Positions 1-10,355 of a stretch of 64,000 nucleotides of DNA are shown piece by piece (the first letter of the stretch is position 1; each line of letters opens with the position of its first letter). Where the stretch lies: NCBI GenBank assembly GCA_964391975.1, contig CAYMNZ010000001.1, positions 326,978-390,977 of the forward strand. The letters run 5' to 3'. The translations under genes were made by a program, and so were the position numbers. The notes beneath the pieces were generated by a model. The model worked only from the letters and a program-made list of their open reading frames with translations. It made no database searches and was not told the DNA's origin. This stretch comes from an uncultured Candidatus Saccharibacteria bacterium. Its GTDB lineage: Bacteria > Patescibacteriota > Minisyncoccia > Phycocordibacterales > Phycocordibacteraceae.

Positions 1-1602
1 CAGGCTGGTTCCGACGGAGGAGTCACCGTGCGCCTCGGCGAGAAGGACTATCGTCCGGAGGAGGTTTCCGCGATGATTCTCTCCAAACTCAAGGCAGACG
101 CAGAGGCCAAACTCGGCGAGAAGATTACTGAGGCGATTATTACCGTCCCGGCATATTTCGATGACGCACAACGCGCAGCTACGAAAGCAGCTGGGCAGAT
201 TGCAGGGCTCGACGTGAAGCGCATCATCAACGAGCCAACCGCTGCAGCACTCGCCTACGGTTTTACTAAGAAGAAGGACCAGCAGATTGCAGTCTTCGAC
301 TTCGGAGGAGGTACCTTCGACGTCTCTATTCTTGAGGTGGGAGATGACGTCATTGAAGTGAAGAGCACTGATGGTGACTCTCACATGGGTGGCCGCGATA
401 TCGACCAGAAACTTGTGCGTTACCTTGCAGATGAATTTAAGAAGCAGTCGGGCATTGATGTCACCAAGGACCCACTCGCGCTCCAGCGCCTAGATGAGGC
501 TGCAGAGAAGGCAAAGATTGAGCTTTCGACCGCAACTGAATCTGAGGCGAACATTCCGTTCGTTACGGTTGGAAGCGACGGCACGCCGCAGCATCTTCTC
601 GTGAAGGTTACGCGCGCAACGCTTGAATCGCTTGCTGAGGAATACATCACTCGCGCTATGGATATCACCAAGCGCGCACTTGAGGCGGCGGGCAAGAAGC
701 CGTCTGAGATTGAGGAGGTTATTCTCGTTGGAGGCCAGACCCGCATGCCGCTTATTCAGGCAAAGGTGAAGGAGCTTTTTGGTCGCGACCCACATCGGGA
801 CGTGAACCCGGACGAGGTGGTCGCTATAGGTGCAGCAGTACAGGCCGGTATCTTCCAGGGAGACGTCAAAGACATTCTCCTTGTGGATGTTATTCCACTC
901 GCTCTTTCTATTGAGACCATGGGAGGCGTTGCGACAAAGCTCATTGATCGCAACACTGCGGTTCCAACGTCGCGTTCCCAGACGTTCTCTACGGCCTCTG
1001 ACAACCAGCCATCAGTAGAGATTCACGTGGTGCAGGGAGAGCGCGCCATGGCGGCTGACAACAAGTCGCTCGGACGCTTCAACCTCGATGGTATTCCTCC
1101 AGCACCTCGTGGCCTGCCACAGGTAGAGGTTACCTTTGATGTCGACAGCAACGGTATCCTTACTGTGAAGGCGAAAGAGAAGACTTCTGGAAAGGAGCAG
1201 TCAATCCGCATTGAGGGTTCTACCGGACTCTCCAAGGAGGACATTGAGAAGATGCAGAAAGATGCCGAGGTGCACGCAGCAGAGGACGCTACGCGCAAGG
1301 AGGTCATCGAGACCAAGAACATCGCTGAGCAGATGGTGTACACAGCAGAGAAAGCAGTGAAGGACCACGGCGAGAAGGCAGGGGAAGAGGTGGTGAAGGA
1401 CGTGAATGAGAAGATTGATGCACTGAAGAAAGCACGCGAAGGTGAGGACGTCGCAGCAATCAAGGCAGCTTCCGAAGCACTCTCCACCTCCATGCAGAAG
1501 ATTGGGGAGATTATGATGAAGGCGGAGCAAGAGAAGCAGACACCACCACCTGAAGCGGGCCCAACCGACGCTGAGTTCACGGAAAAACCAAAAGAGGAAT
1601 AG
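1..1602 (+). CDS. dnaK: Molecular chaperone DnaK (Hsp70), 5'-truncated by window edge
   Basis: Frame is open from base 1. Translation matches the Hsp70 substrate-binding and lid regions (EEVSAMIL..., IDLGTT-type core missing upstream) and has the acidic C-terminal tail. The ORF table entry 28..1602 begins at an internal GTG. Confidence 0.95.
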   Translation, partial: QAGSDGGVTVRLGEKDYRPEEVSAMILSKLKADAEAKLGEKITEAIITVPAYFDDAQRAATKAAGQIAGLDVKRIINEPTAAALAYGFTKKKDQQIAVFDFGGGTFDVSILEVGDDVIEVKSTDGDSHMGGRDIDQKLVRYLADEFKKQSGIDVTKDPLALQRLDEAAEKAKIELSTATESEANIPFVTVGSDGTPQHLLVKVTRATLESLAEEYITRAMDITKRALEAAGKKPSEIEEVILVGGQTRMPLIQAKVKELFGRDPHRDVNPDEVVAIGAAVQAGIFQGDVKDILLVDVIPLALSIETMGGVATKLIDRNTAVPTSRSQTFSTASDNQPSVEIHVVQGERAMAADNKSLGRFNLDGIPPAPRGLPQVEVTFDVDSNGILTVKAKEKTSGKEQSIRIEGSTGLSKEDIEKMQKDAEVHAAEDATRKEVIETKNIAEQMVYTAEKAVKDHGEKAGEEVVKDVNEKIDALKKAREGEDVAAIKAASEALSTSMQKIGEIMMKAEQEKQTPPPEAGPTDAEFTEKPKEE

Positions 1603-1607
1603 CTTAC

Positions 1608-1640
1608 GAATCCCGCTTGATGCGGGATTCTTTCGTTTTA
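1608..1640 (+). terminator. Rho-independent terminator after dnaK
   Basis: Hairpin gaatcccgc/ttgat/gcgggattc (9-bp stem) followed by a T-rich tract tttcgtttt. Confidence 0.5.
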
Positions 1641-1659
1641 GGTATAGTGTTCCTTACCT

Positions 1660-2727
1660 ATGGCAAAGAACTACTACGACGTCCTTGGAGTTGAGAAGAA
1701 AGCAACCAAGGAGGACATTAAGAAGGCCTTCCGCAAGCTCGCGCAGGTACATCACCCTGACAAGGGAGGAGACGAGGCGAAGTTCAAGGAGATAACTGAG
1801 GCGTACAGCACGCTCTCAGATGAGCGAAAGCGCAGGGAATACGATTCCTATGGCCAGACGTTTGCTGGAGGTGGTCCGCAGGGCTTCAACGGCCAGGGCT
1901 TCGACTTCTCGCAGTTTGGTGGCTTTGGGCAGGGGGGAGTCGAGTTCGATATCTCTGATTTGTTTGGCGACATTATGGGCGGAGGCCGCGGGGGCAGAAG
2001 GGTAAAGCGCGGTCGGGATATTTCTATTGATGTAGAACTTACCTTTAAGGAGTCGGTGTTTGGTGCAAGTCGTGCGGTCCTCATGACCAAGATTGGAAAG
2101 TGCGATACCTGTGACGGAAGTGGCGCCAAGACTGGAACTGAACTTGAGACTTGTACTACCTGTAACGGTGCAGGAAAGATTCGCGAGGTACGTCAGTCCT
2201 TCATGGGACCTATCCAAGTGCAGCAGACCTGCTCCGTGTGCGAGGGCGCTGGCAAGGTGCCAAAAGAGAAGTGCGCGACCTGTGCAGGACACGGCGTGCT
2301 CCGTAAGGAAGAGGAGATTAACCTCAAGATTCCTGCAGGCATCGACGGTGGGGAGATGATGCGCATGCCCGGCCAGGGTGAGGCGGTGAAGGGGGGCGTG
2401 TCAGGAGACCTCTACGTAAAGATTCATGTGAAGCCACATCCAGTCTTTCATAAGGAAGGGCTCCACCTTGTTATGGACATGCCCGTGAAGCTCACTGACG
2501 CACTTTTGGGAACGACGGTTTCCGTGACTACGCTTGATGACAAGGTGCTCGAAGTGAAGGTACCTAAGATGGAGAAGAACGAGGAGGTGCTTCGCCTCAA
2601 GGGCAAGGGAGTTGTTGTTGAAGGACAGGCTGGCGACCTCCTTATACGCCTCACGTCTGTGCTTCCTAAGAAGCTCTCCGGGAAAGCCAAGAAGGCGATT
2701 GAGGACTTGAAGGCTGAGGGGCTCTAA
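1660..2727 (+). CDS. dnaJ: Chaperone DnaJ
   Basis: J-domain HPD motif (HHPDKGG), Gly/Phe-rich linker, four CxxCxGxG zinc-finger repeats (CDTCDGSG, CTTCNGAG, CSVCEGAG, CATCAGHG). Confidence 0.95.
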   Translation: MAKNYYDVLGVEKKATKEDIKKAFRKLAQVHHPDKGGDEAKFKEITEAYSTLSDERKRREYDSYGQTFAGGGPQGFNGQGFDFSQFGGFGQGGVEFDISDLFGDIMGGGRGGRRVKRGRDISIDVELTFKESVFGASRAVLMTKIGKCDTCDGSGAKTGTELETCTTCNGAGKIREVRQSFMGPIQVQQTCSVCEGAGKVPKEKCATCAGHGVLRKEEEINLKIPAGIDGGEMMRMPGQGEAVKGGVSGDLYVKIHVKPHPVFHKEGLHLVMDMPVKLTDALLGTTVSVTTLDDKVLEVKVPKMEKNEEVLRLKGKGVVVEGQAGDLLIRLTSVLPKKLSGKAKKAIEDLKAEGL

Positions 2728-2756
2728 CAACAACACTTCACAGACGTTCTATAAGG

Positions 2757-2785
2757 ATGGGGTACAATAACCCCATTAACTTTTG
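2757..2785 (+). terminator. Possible intrinsic terminator after dnaJ
   Basis: 6-bp stem atgggg/ccccat with an 8-nt loop, followed by taacttttgatata. Confidence 0.35.
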
Positions 2786-2789
2786 ATAT

Positions 2790-3788
2790 ATGGCACTAGC
2801 GACACTCAGGCAGGTACTTGATGAAGCAGCAAAGGGCGTCTACGGCGTCGGCGCGTTCAACGTGAACAACATGGAGCAAGTGCAAGCAATCATGGAGGCT
2901 GCAGCTGAGACGAAGTCTCCCGTCATCCTTCAGGCATCGCGTGGTGCACGTAAGTATGCAGGAGACCAGTATCTCTTTGATTTGATGACGAGCGCAGCAC
3001 GTCAGAACCCAGACCTTCCGGTCGTTATCCACCAGGACCACGGAAGCGAGGAGGCTTGCATGTCAGCCATCGAACTCGGATTCACATCCGTGATGATGGA
3101 TGGGTCGCTCAAGGAAGACAACAAAACACCTGCGACCTTTGAAGAGAACGTAGCAGTTACCAAGCGCATCGTTGATGTCGCGCACGCAAAGGGTGTTTCG
3201 GTAGAAGGAGAGCTCGGCTGCATCGGTGGAGTTGAGGACGGACACGGTATGGGAGATGGCGCGAGCGACTTCCTCACCGACCCGGACCAGGCGGTGGAGT
3301 TTGTTGAGCGCACGGGAGTGGATGCACTTGCAGTTGCCATCGGAACCTCGCATGGCGCCTACAAGTTTGCTTCGAAGCCTGACCACAGCGTCTTAGTGAT
3401 GGAGCGCATCATCCAAATTCACAAGAACCTGCCTAACACGCATCTCGTAATGCATGGTTCTTCTTCTATGCCACAGGAGCTGCGCGAAACCATCAACAAG
3501 TTCGGAGGAAATCTCAAGCCTTCATGGGGCGTGCCGGTGGAGGAAATCCAGCTTGGTATCCAGCATGGTGTTCGCAAGATTAACGTCGACACCGACATTC
3601 GTCTTGCCATGACCGCTGCAATTCGTCAGACACTTTCTGAGAAACCAGAAGCCTTTGACCCTCGCGACTACATCAAAGTGGCACGAGCTGCTGCCAAGGA
3701 CATGATTGCCAAGCGCATGCAGGACTTTGGACAAGCAGGGCACGCAAGCGACTACGTCCCGCTTCCCAAGAGCGAGGTGAAGTACTAG
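2790..3788 (+). CDS. fba: Fructose-bisphosphate aldolase, class II
   Basis: 332 aa. Class II FBA motifs ([28 protein letters not shown]) and typical length. Confidence 0.85.
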   Translation: MALATLRQVLDEAAKGVYGVGAFNVNNMEQVQAIMEAAAETKSPVILQASRGARKYAGDQYLFDLMTSAARQNPDLPVVIHQDHGSEEACMSAIELGFTSVMMDGSLKEDNKTPATFEENVAVTKRIVDVAHAKGVSVEGELGCIGGVEDGHGMGDGASDFLTDPDQAVEFVERTGVDALAVAIGTSHGAYKFASKPDHSVLVMERIIQIHKNLPNTHLVMHGSSSMPQELRETINKFGGNLKPSWGVPVEEIQLGIQHGVRKINVDTDIRLAMTAAIRQTLSEKPEAFDPRDYIKVARAAAKDMIAKRMQDFGQAGHASDYVPLPKSEVKY

Positions 3789-3791
3789 CAC

Positions 3792-4316
3792 ATGGACGCA
3801 CTTCCTCTCGAGCAGGTACAGGGTTTCGCGACCACCATCACTGAAAACGCCTGGCTTTGGACGGGGAACTTCCTCGCGCTCATCATCCTTACGGTCGTGT
3901 TTCTCTTCTTCGCTATGCGAGGAGGAAGAAGCGGACTCATTTCATTCATTCTTTCTCTCTACGCGGGTTATGCCATCTACTCAGTCTTCCCGTATACAGA
4001 GTTCGTGGTTGCGCTTGGAGGGACGGCGCTCGTGAAGGCCATTCTGTCGGTTCTTGTGTTTGCGGTCTCGACCTTCTTGCCGTTTGTTCTCATCAAGCGT
4101 CTTACCGGTGGGGGATTCGGCTCGCTTTCCTTTGTACCAAACTTGGTGCTCTCATTCCTTGCCGCAGGGTTGGTGCTGGTCTTGGGCTATCACGTCTTTG
4201 ATGTGAACAATATCTATGAGTTCTCTAAGCCGCTTAACCAGCTTTTTGAGCCGGAAGGCTACTTCTTCTGGTGGTTTATTGCTCCTCTGTTGGGTCTTTT
4301 CATCTTCGCCCGCTAG
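3792..4316 (+). CDS. Hypothetical polytopic membrane protein (CvpA-like?)
   Basis: 174 aa with 4-5 predicted hydrophobic helices; 3 nt after the fba stop. Confidence 0.45.
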   Translation: MDALPLEQVQGFATTITENAWLWTGNFLALIILTVVFLFFAMRGGRSGLISFILSLYAGYAIYSVFPYTEFVVALGGTALVKAILSVLVFAVSTFLPFVLIKRLTGGGFGSLSFVPNLVLSFLAAGLVLVLGYHVFDVNNIYEFSKPLNQLFEPEGYFFWWFIAPLLGLFIFAR

Positions 4317-4318
4317 AC

Positions 4319-4936
4319 ATGTTTACGAGTGTAGGAAATTGGTGGAACAAACACATGCGGTTCATCGGCACGGTCGCCGTTGGGCACGGTACCAAACAAG
4401 TTGAGGAAGTCTTGTTTGATTGGATTCTCTACGGCACGGTCGTAGGGTATACGACCTATACCTACGGACCTGTCATGGGGTCAATCTACGGCTACCTCAT
4501 TATGGCGCCCCTTTCAGCGTTGGTGTGCTTGGCGTACATCAAGCTCTACGATTGGGCAAAGATAGACTGGTTTGGGTTTGAGGCCGTCAAAGGTGCGAAG
4601 GAAGACCTCGAGGGAGATGGGTGGTGGAAACGTACGGTCCGTAAACTTGTCCGACTCGGGGATGTGCCAGCCTTCTTTATTCTCTCCATCAACAGCGATC
4701 CTTTTATGGTCACGGTCTACCTGCGCAAGGGGTCCAAGGAATACAATGGGCTTTCCTCACGCGACTGGAAGATATTCTGGGCCAGCGTGCTGTTTTCGAA
4801 CGCCTACTGGACCCTTCGTTGGAGCGTCATCATCGCACTTGCACTCTTCTTACTCGGCCTCTTGCCGCCGGAACTTCAGGTCTCAGTTATCGCATGGTGG
4901 GATGGCCTCGTCGCTTGGTTTGGAGCCCTCTTTTGA
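4319..4936 (+). CDS. Hypothetical membrane protein
   Basis: Start re-assigned to the ATG at 4319 (MFTSVGNWW...), 2 nt after the upstream stop; the ORF-table start 4271 overlaps the preceding gene. Several hydrophobic segments, Trp-rich. Confidence 0.45.
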   Translation: MFTSVGNWWNKHMRFIGTVAVGHGTKQVEEVLFDWILYGTVVGYTTYTYGPVMGSIYGYLIMAPLSALVCLAYIKLYDWAKIDWFGFEAVKGAKEDLEGDGWWKRTVRKLVRLGDVPAFFILSINSDPFMVTVYLRKGSKEYNGLSSRDWKIFWASVLFSNAYWTLRWSVIIALALFLLGLLPPELQVSVIAWWDGLVAWFGALF

Positions 4937-4995
4937 GCCTTTCTCTACCCATAGGAGCGGGAAAGGGCCTTGTATCTTGTGATACACTTTAAGCA

Positions 4996-5406
4996 ATGGA
5001 TCGATCGGGTACGCTGCTGCTGTCCCTTATCTTGCTTCTGACCGTCGCAGTCTTCGGCGCCACCGCGTGGCTCTTCTTCGTAGACAAGCAGTACGACTTC
5101 TACGTCGAAGCTGCCTGCGACCCTTCGACTGAGACCTGTTTCTATCGTGACTGTTCTGATGAGGAAGTGTACTGCCCACCAAACGGACTACAGGAATACA
5201 AGGTGTTCTACGTCTCTGCACACGACTTCGAGACCTGCGCAGACAACTCGTGTAAGAACGAATGCGAGAGCGGCTCCATACCTTGCGAGGAACTCATGTG
5301 CGGTGAAGCCGAAGAAGATGAGTGTGCGATATACGAACCTCCCTTAGAAGAAGTCATCGTAGAAGAGGTAGATGAGGGGGCAGATGAGGAGGAAGCTACC
5401 CCATAG
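4996..5406 (+). CDS. Small membrane-anchored Cys-rich acidic protein
   Basis: N-terminal TM/signal anchor (LLLSLILLLTVAVFGATAWLFF), more than 10 Cys in about 90 aa, acidic C-terminal tail. Confidence 0.45.
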   Translation: MDRSGTLLLSLILLLTVAVFGATAWLFFVDKQYDFYVEAACDPSTETCFYRDCSDEEVYCPPNGLQEYKVFYVSAHDFETCADNSCKNECESGSIPCEELMCGEAEEDECAIYEPPLEEVIVEEVDEGADEEEATP

Positions 5407-5423
5407 CGCATTCTTCCAGTTCT

Positions 5424-6284
5424 ATGACAACTCAAACCCTTAATCGGAGCGTGATTGATACAAATGTATTAGTCGAAGACCGAAAGGCGTTTGATGAGTG
5501 TATCTATACGCCACCGGAAGAGGCGATTGCCGAACTCCTGCGCAGACGTGCGGATACTGAACTTGAGCGCAAGGTAGCTGCCTTCCTTCACGAGGATGTA
5601 CCTCTGCCACTGCGTAAGGGTCCGCACGCCGTTGCGTTCCGCCAGGTGACCACCTCCAACTACGAGATTCGACGCTTCTTCAGCATCATCGACTCGATTG
5701 ACGAGCTTGAGCCTCTGTTCTTTGAATATCTGGAAGACAAATTTACCTCTAACAACGAATGGAAGCATGCGCTGGGAAAGCTCTTTTTCTATGCCGGAAA
5801 AGGGAAGAAAGGGGGGTCGAAGATTGAATCCTTCAACGTCATAGACTTCAACCAGTTCAACGGCAAGAAGATTTCTGAGGTACGCACGCTCTGGGGGCAG
5901 TCACTCGTTGATTTCCATCACGAGTTCTTCAATGCACGCTACCGAGAGGCAGATGCAGCGTTTTTTGATGCGTCTGCTTGGTTCAAGCACCATGGCCCCA
6001 GTGCGCTTGAGTACTACAAATCCTTCCTTGCCTTGTTCATTCGACACGGAATCCTCTTTGAAAACTTCATGATTGATCAGAAGGAAATTGCCTTTACCCG
6101 AGAGATATTTCTTCCAGCGTTCATAGCCGTCTCTGAAGAGCTCGGTTTGAAGCCACTTATTGTGAATCTCGAACCGACCGAAATAGAGGGGGACCGCTTC
6201 TGGATGTGCCATCCAGTTGAGGATAAAGAGTTCGTTCTAGCAAAACTTGAACAAGTAAAATCACCTGCACCGGTGGTGCTATAA
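5424..6284 (+). CDS. Hypothetical protein (286 aa), 7 nt upstream of the histidine kinase
   Basis: Long ORF with no recognisable motif and coding-like composition; tight spacing to the downstream kinase gene suggests co-transcription. Confidence 0.5.
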   Translation: MTTQTLNRSVIDTNVLVEDRKAFDECIYTPPEEAIAELLRRRADTELERKVAAFLHEDVPLPLRKGPHAVAFRQVTTSNYEIRRFFSIIDSIDELEPLFFEYLEDKFTSNNEWKHALGKLFFYAGKGKKGGSKIESFNVIDFNQFNGKKISEVRTLWGQSLVDFHHEFFNARYREADAAFFDASAWFKHHGPSALEYYKSFLALFIRHGILFENFMIDQKEIAFTREIFLPAFIAVSEELGLKPLIVNLEPTEIEGDRFWMCHPVEDKEFVLAKLEQVKSPAPVVL

Positions 6285-6291
6285 TTTTTGT

Positions 6292-7935
6292 ATGGATATC
6301 AACACGTGTTTTGAGACGACCAATGTCTACCACACGATTGCGTACTACTCCCACCTTGTTCCGATTGTTATAGGGATGTTTCTTAGTATTTACGCGCTGT
6401 TTCGAACGAAGTTCTCTAAGCTTGCATTAGTTTTCTTTGCCTTCACGCTCGGTTTCTCTCTCTGGCTTGTCGGTGACCTCATCCTCTGGACCTACGACGA
6501 TTACAACGCCATCTACTATTTCTGGTCTTCGCTCGATTTCATCAACGTGGTGTTCTTCATGCTTGGTGCGTTCTTCTTCGGGCTCGTTGCCCGTGAGAAA
6601 ATTACCCTGTGGGAGAAGGCAATCATGCTCCTTCTCATCCTGCCTGCGTTCATTATTACCGTTACGGGTAATTCCGTCGTTGACTTCTATCAGCCAGCCT
6701 GTGAGGCCACCAACAATGATTGGCTAACCAACTACAAGCTGTTCGCAGAGGCGTCAGCCATTCTCCTTATCCTTTTCTCCTTCTTTGCTGCTTGGGGCAA
6801 GTCGGATAATCGCAAACGGATACAAATAGGATTCATTGGTCTGGCCATCCTGCTGTTCTTTGCGGTGTTCGCAGGAAGCGAATATATCGCCTCAGTGACT
6901 GCCGTCTACGAGATTAATCTCTACGGACTGTTCATCTTGCCGCTCTTCCTTATCGTGCTTACGTTTGCGATTACTGACCTCAAGCTCTTCAACTTCCGTT
7001 TCGTCGGTACACAAATTCTTGCCTATGTACTCATCATTATGGTCGGCTCACAGCTTCTCTATGTGCGTGACCCAGCGGAGCAAACCTTGAGCTTCATAAC
7101 ACTCGCCGTCACACTGATTATCGGTCTGCTCCTTCTTGAGAACGCAAAGAGTGAAGCGCAGGCTCGTGTCCGGATTGAGGAACTTGCAGAGACGTTGACT
7201 CGCACCAACAAGCAACTCGACCAAGCCAATGAACACTTGAAAGACCTTGATAAGCTCAAGGACGAATTCCTTTCCATTGCCTCGCACCAGCTGCGTGCGC
7301 CGATTACCGCCGTGCGTGGGTACGCTGCGAACCTTTCTGATGGCACCTACGGTGTCGTGCCGGAGTACCTCATGGACCCACTCCAGACCATCATGGAGAC
7401 GACGCGTCTCATGGCCTCATCCATTGATGATTACCTCAACATTTCCCGCATCGAGCAGGGAAGGATGAAGTACGAGAAGAGTGAGTTTGATATCTCGCAC
7501 CTCGCTAACCAGATTGTGAAGGAGCTCACCCCGGTAGCAGCGAGAAGGAAGCTTACGCTCTCAAGTGAACCGTCAGGTGAGGTTATCGTGCGTGCAGACA
7601 TCGGTAAGATTAAGCAGGTCATCACGAACCTCATAGACAATGCCATCAAGTACACCGAGAAGGGCGGTATCTCGGTTGCGGTCACCAAGGAGGTTGGAAA
7701 GGTGCGGGTGACGATTACCGACACCGGTATTGGCATTGGGGCGGATGAGATTGCGTCGCTGTTTGAGAAGTTCACTCGCGCTCGCGACGCTAACAAGGTC
7801 AACACCACCGGTACAGGCCTTGGGCTCTATGTGGCCAAGCAGCTTACCGAGGGACATGGCGGCAAGGTGTGGGCTGAATCAGACGGTTCTGGTAAGGGCT
7901 CCCGCTTCATTGTGGAGTTGCCCGCTTTGGCCTAG
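6292..7935 (+). CDS. Sensor histidine kinase with N-terminal multi-TM (about 8 helices) sensor domain
   Basis: HisKA H-box (ASHQLRAPITAVRGYA), HATPase_c N/G1/G2 boxes (DNAIKYT, DTGIGIG, GTGLGL); about 260 aa of membrane helices at the N-terminus. No response regulator is adjacent. Confidence 0.85.
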   Translation: MDINTCFETTNVYHTIAYYSHLVPIVIGMFLSIYALFRTKFSKLALVFFAFTLGFSLWLVGDLILWTYDDYNAIYYFWSSLDFINVVFFMLGAFFFGLVAREKITLWEKAIMLLLILPAFIITVTGNSVVDFYQPACEATNNDWLTNYKLFAEASAILLILFSFFAAWGKSDNRKRIQIGFIGLAILLFFAVFAGSEYIASVTAVYEINLYGLFILPLFLIVLTFAITDLKLFNFRFVGTQILAYVLIIMVGSQLLYVRDPAEQTLSFITLAVTLIIGLLLLENAKSEAQARVRIEELAETLTRTNKQLDQANEHLKDLDKLKDEFLSIASHQLRAPITAVRGYAANLSDGTYGVVPEYLMDPLQTIMETTRLMASSIDDYLNISRIEQGRMKYEKSEFDISHLANQIVKELTPVAARRKLTLSSEPSGEVIVRADIGKIKQVITNLIDNAIKYTEKGGISVAVTKEVGKVRVTITDTGIGIGADEIASLFEKFTRARDANKVNTTGTGLGLYVAKQLTEGHGGKVWAESDGSGKGSRFIVELPALA

Positions 7936-7966
7936 AATCACTGTGTACTAGCTTCTTTCCATATCT

Positions 7967-8962
7967 ATGGTCCGCAAGGTGCATCTCATGAACCAAATCA
8001 ACAACAACCCCGACGAGTTCGTGCTGCTTGCTGGTAATGGGAACATGAAGCTTGCAACAGAGATTGGCAAGATTCTTAAGAAAGACGTCACCAATCCGGT
8101 GACCTATTTCTCAGATGGGGAGGTGCGCGTGAAAGGCATCCCTAACCTCCGTCGTCGTCCTGTGTTCATTCTCCAGCCGACCACGCCGCCAGTGAACGAC
8201 CACCTGATGGAACTCCTTCTTATAATCGATGCTGCACGCCGTGCTGCGGCAAGCGAGATTACCGCTGTGCTCCCATATTTCGGGTATGCGCGCCAGGATC
8301 GCAAGGAGCAGCCACGTGTGCCAATTTCAGCGTCAGTCGTTGCCAACATGATTCGTCGCTCTGGTGCTGACCGCATTCTCACGGTTGACGTACACACCGA
8401 GCAGGCACAGGGCTTCATCCAGTGTGCGTGGGACAACCTCTACGCCAGTTACGCGCTCATTCCTGAGATTAAGAAGCGCAAACTTACCAATGTGACTGTG
8501 GTTTCTCCTGATAAGGGCGGTGTGCCGCGCGCAACAAGTTATGCAGGGCTCCTTGGTGTCGACGATGTTGCCATCGTGTACAAGCAGCGCGACCTGCACG
8601 TAAACAATAAATCAGAGGCCTTTGCCATGATTGGAGAAGTGGAGGGTCGTGACCTTCTGTTGGTCGACGACATGCTCGATTCAGGCGGCACTATCTTCAA
8701 CGCCGTTGACCACCTTGCCTCCTACAAGCCAAAGAGTATCCGCGTGGTGGTGACCCACGGTCTCTTCACAGGTAAGGCACTTGAGCGCCTCTCTGCCTCT
8801 CCAGTTGAGGAGATTATCGTTACAGATTCGGTGGACCACCGCGAGGAAGTACTCGCGCATCCTAAGGTAACGGTCGTTTCTATCGCTCCGCTCCTGGCTG
8901 AAGCCATCCACCGCGTACAGACCGGGGACTCCATCAGCGAGGGCCTTATCCTTCACTCCTAG
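7967..8962 (+). CDS. prs: Ribose-phosphate pyrophosphokinase (PRPP synthetase)
   Basis: PRPP-binding loop (DDMLDSGGT), typical Prs N-terminus, 331 aa. Confidence 0.9.
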   Translation: MVRKVHLMNQINNNPDEFVLLAGNGNMKLATEIGKILKKDVTNPVTYFSDGEVRVKGIPNLRRRPVFILQPTTPPVNDHLMELLLIIDAARRAAASEITAVLPYFGYARQDRKEQPRVPISASVVANMIRRSGADRILTVDVHTEQAQGFIQCAWDNLYASYALIPEIKKRKLTNVTVVSPDKGGVPRATSYAGLLGVDDVAIVYKQRDLHVNNKSEAFAMIGEVEGRDLLLVDDMLDSGGTIFNAVDHLASYKPKSIRVVVTHGLFTGKALERLSASPVEEIIVTDSVDHREEVLAHPKVTVVSIAPLLAEAIHRVQTGDSISEGLILHS

Positions 8963-8978
8963 TGCTATACTTTCGGTC

Positions 8979-10223
8979 ATGAGCTTGGCCGAAGACCTGA
9001 AAGCGCGCGGGTTCGCGGAGCATTCTTCCTCTCCCCTTGAGGCCATTTTGGGCAGCAAACGCGGGGTGTATTTGGGCATCGACCCAACGGCCGATTCCAT
9101 GCATGTGGGGCACCTCGTGCCGATTCTTCTTATGAAGCGTCTTTCGGACGCTGGAAATCGAACCGTATTCGTCGTCGGAGGCGGCACCGGTATGATTGGA
9201 GACCCGCGCGAGGTAGGAGAGCGGTCGCTTCTTGATTCTAAGACACTGGAGCACAACAAGCGTGCGCTGCGTTCTCAGTTGCAGAAGGTGGTGGGTAAGA
9301 AGATTGAAATGGTAGACAACGCTACCTGGCTCGGGAAGCTTAAACTTATCGATTTCTTGCGTGATACGGGCAAGCACTTTTCGGTAAACGAGCTCGTACG
9401 TCGAGACCTTATCAAGCGTCGCCTTGATACACCTGACGAGACCATTTCCTTTACTGAGTTCTCCTATTCGTTACTCCAGGGGTACGACTTCCTTACCCTC
9501 TACAAGAAAAAGGGGATTGAGGTACAGATTGGAGGAGCCGACCAATGGACCAACATGCTCTCGGGCGTAGAGCTGGTTCGCAAAGTGCTCGCTAAAGAAG
9601 CGTACTGTTTTACCTGCCCGCTCGTCACTGACGCCGCTGGCAAGAAGTTCGGTAAGTCTGAGGGCACGCCAGTATGGCTTGATGCTCGCAAGACTTCTCC
9701 TTTCAAGTTCTATCAGTTCTGGATTAACCTTCCGGATCAAGGACTTGAAACCTACCTCAAGCTCTACACGACTCTTCCGCTTCTAGAGATAACGGCGCTT
9801 CTTGAAGCACACGCAAAAGACCCCGCTGCTCGTGTTGCACAGGAGACACTTGCACGATTGGTGACCGAGCTCGTGCATGGACCAGCCGCTGCTGCACAGG
9901 CCGCCGCTGCAACTGATGCACTTTTCGGAGGGCGCGAGTTCGCTTCGCTTTCACGTGAGGAAGTTGCGGTTATTCTCGGTGAGGTTGCCACGGTACGTGT
10001 GCCAAAAGCAGAAGTGGTACGCCCGGTTGTTGATGTGTTGACGGAAGGAAGCCTCGCGACCTCGAAGTCAGACGCGCGCCGTCTTATTGAAGCGAAGGGC
10101 ATCACGCTCAATGGCGAGACCATCACGGACGCCGCTCGCATGCTCTCGCTCTCTGATTTTACTAACGGCATGGCGCTCTTCCGGAAGGGGAGGCGTGAGG
10201 TACTCGTGCTTGCGCTTAAGTAA
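8979..10223 (+). CDS. tyrS: Tyrosine--tRNA ligase
   Basis: Class I HIGH motif (SMHVGHL), KMSKS-like KFGKSEG, C-terminal S4-like domain, 414 aa. Confidence 0.95.
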   Translation: MSLAEDLKARGFAEHSSSPLEAILGSKRGVYLGIDPTADSMHVGHLVPILLMKRLSDAGNRTVFVVGGGTGMIGDPREVGERSLLDSKTLEHNKRALRSQLQKVVGKKIEMVDNATWLGKLKLIDFLRDTGKHFSVNELVRRDLIKRRLDTPDETISFTEFSYSLLQGYDFLTLYKKKGIEVQIGGADQWTNMLSGVELVRKVLAKEAYCFTCPLVTDAAGKKFGKSEGTPVWLDARKTSPFKFYQFWINLPDQGLETYLKLYTTLPLLEITALLEAHAKDPAARVAQETLARLVTELVHGPAAAAQAAAATDALFGGREFASLSREEVAVILGEVATVRVPKAEVVRPVVDVLTEGSLATSKSDARRLIEAKGITLNGETITDAARMLSLSDFTNGMALFRKGRREVLVLALK

Positions 10224-10263
10224 GCTGGAATTAGGCCCTGTTCTCTGTTATATTCGCCCTAGA

Positions 10264-10349
10264 GCGTCGGTGGTAGAGTGGTCAATTACAACAGGCTGTA
10301 AACCTGTCGGCTTCGGCCTACGCAGGTTCGAATCCTGCCCGGCGCACCA
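10264..10349 (+). tRNA. tRNA-Tyr (anticodon GTA), CCA encoded
   Basis: Hand-folded cloverleaf: acceptor GCGTCGG/CCGGCGC, D-stem GTAG/TTAC, anticodon stem ACAGG/CCTGT with loop CTGTAAA, long variable arm GGCTTCGGCC, T-arm GCAGG-TTCGAAT-CCTGC, discriminator A plus CCA. Confidence 0.85.
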
Positions 10350-10355
10350 TCTTAA

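Noticed and set aside
1023-1580. 185-aa antisense ORF inside dnaK
   Set aside because: A classic Hsp70 antisense open frame; Ser/Ala-rich low-complexity translation, no start context.
1603-1659. Looked for a CIRCE (HrcA) element between dnaK and dnaJ
   Set aside because: No TTAGCACTC-N9-GAGTGCTAA-like inverted repeat is present; only the dnaK terminator hairpin.
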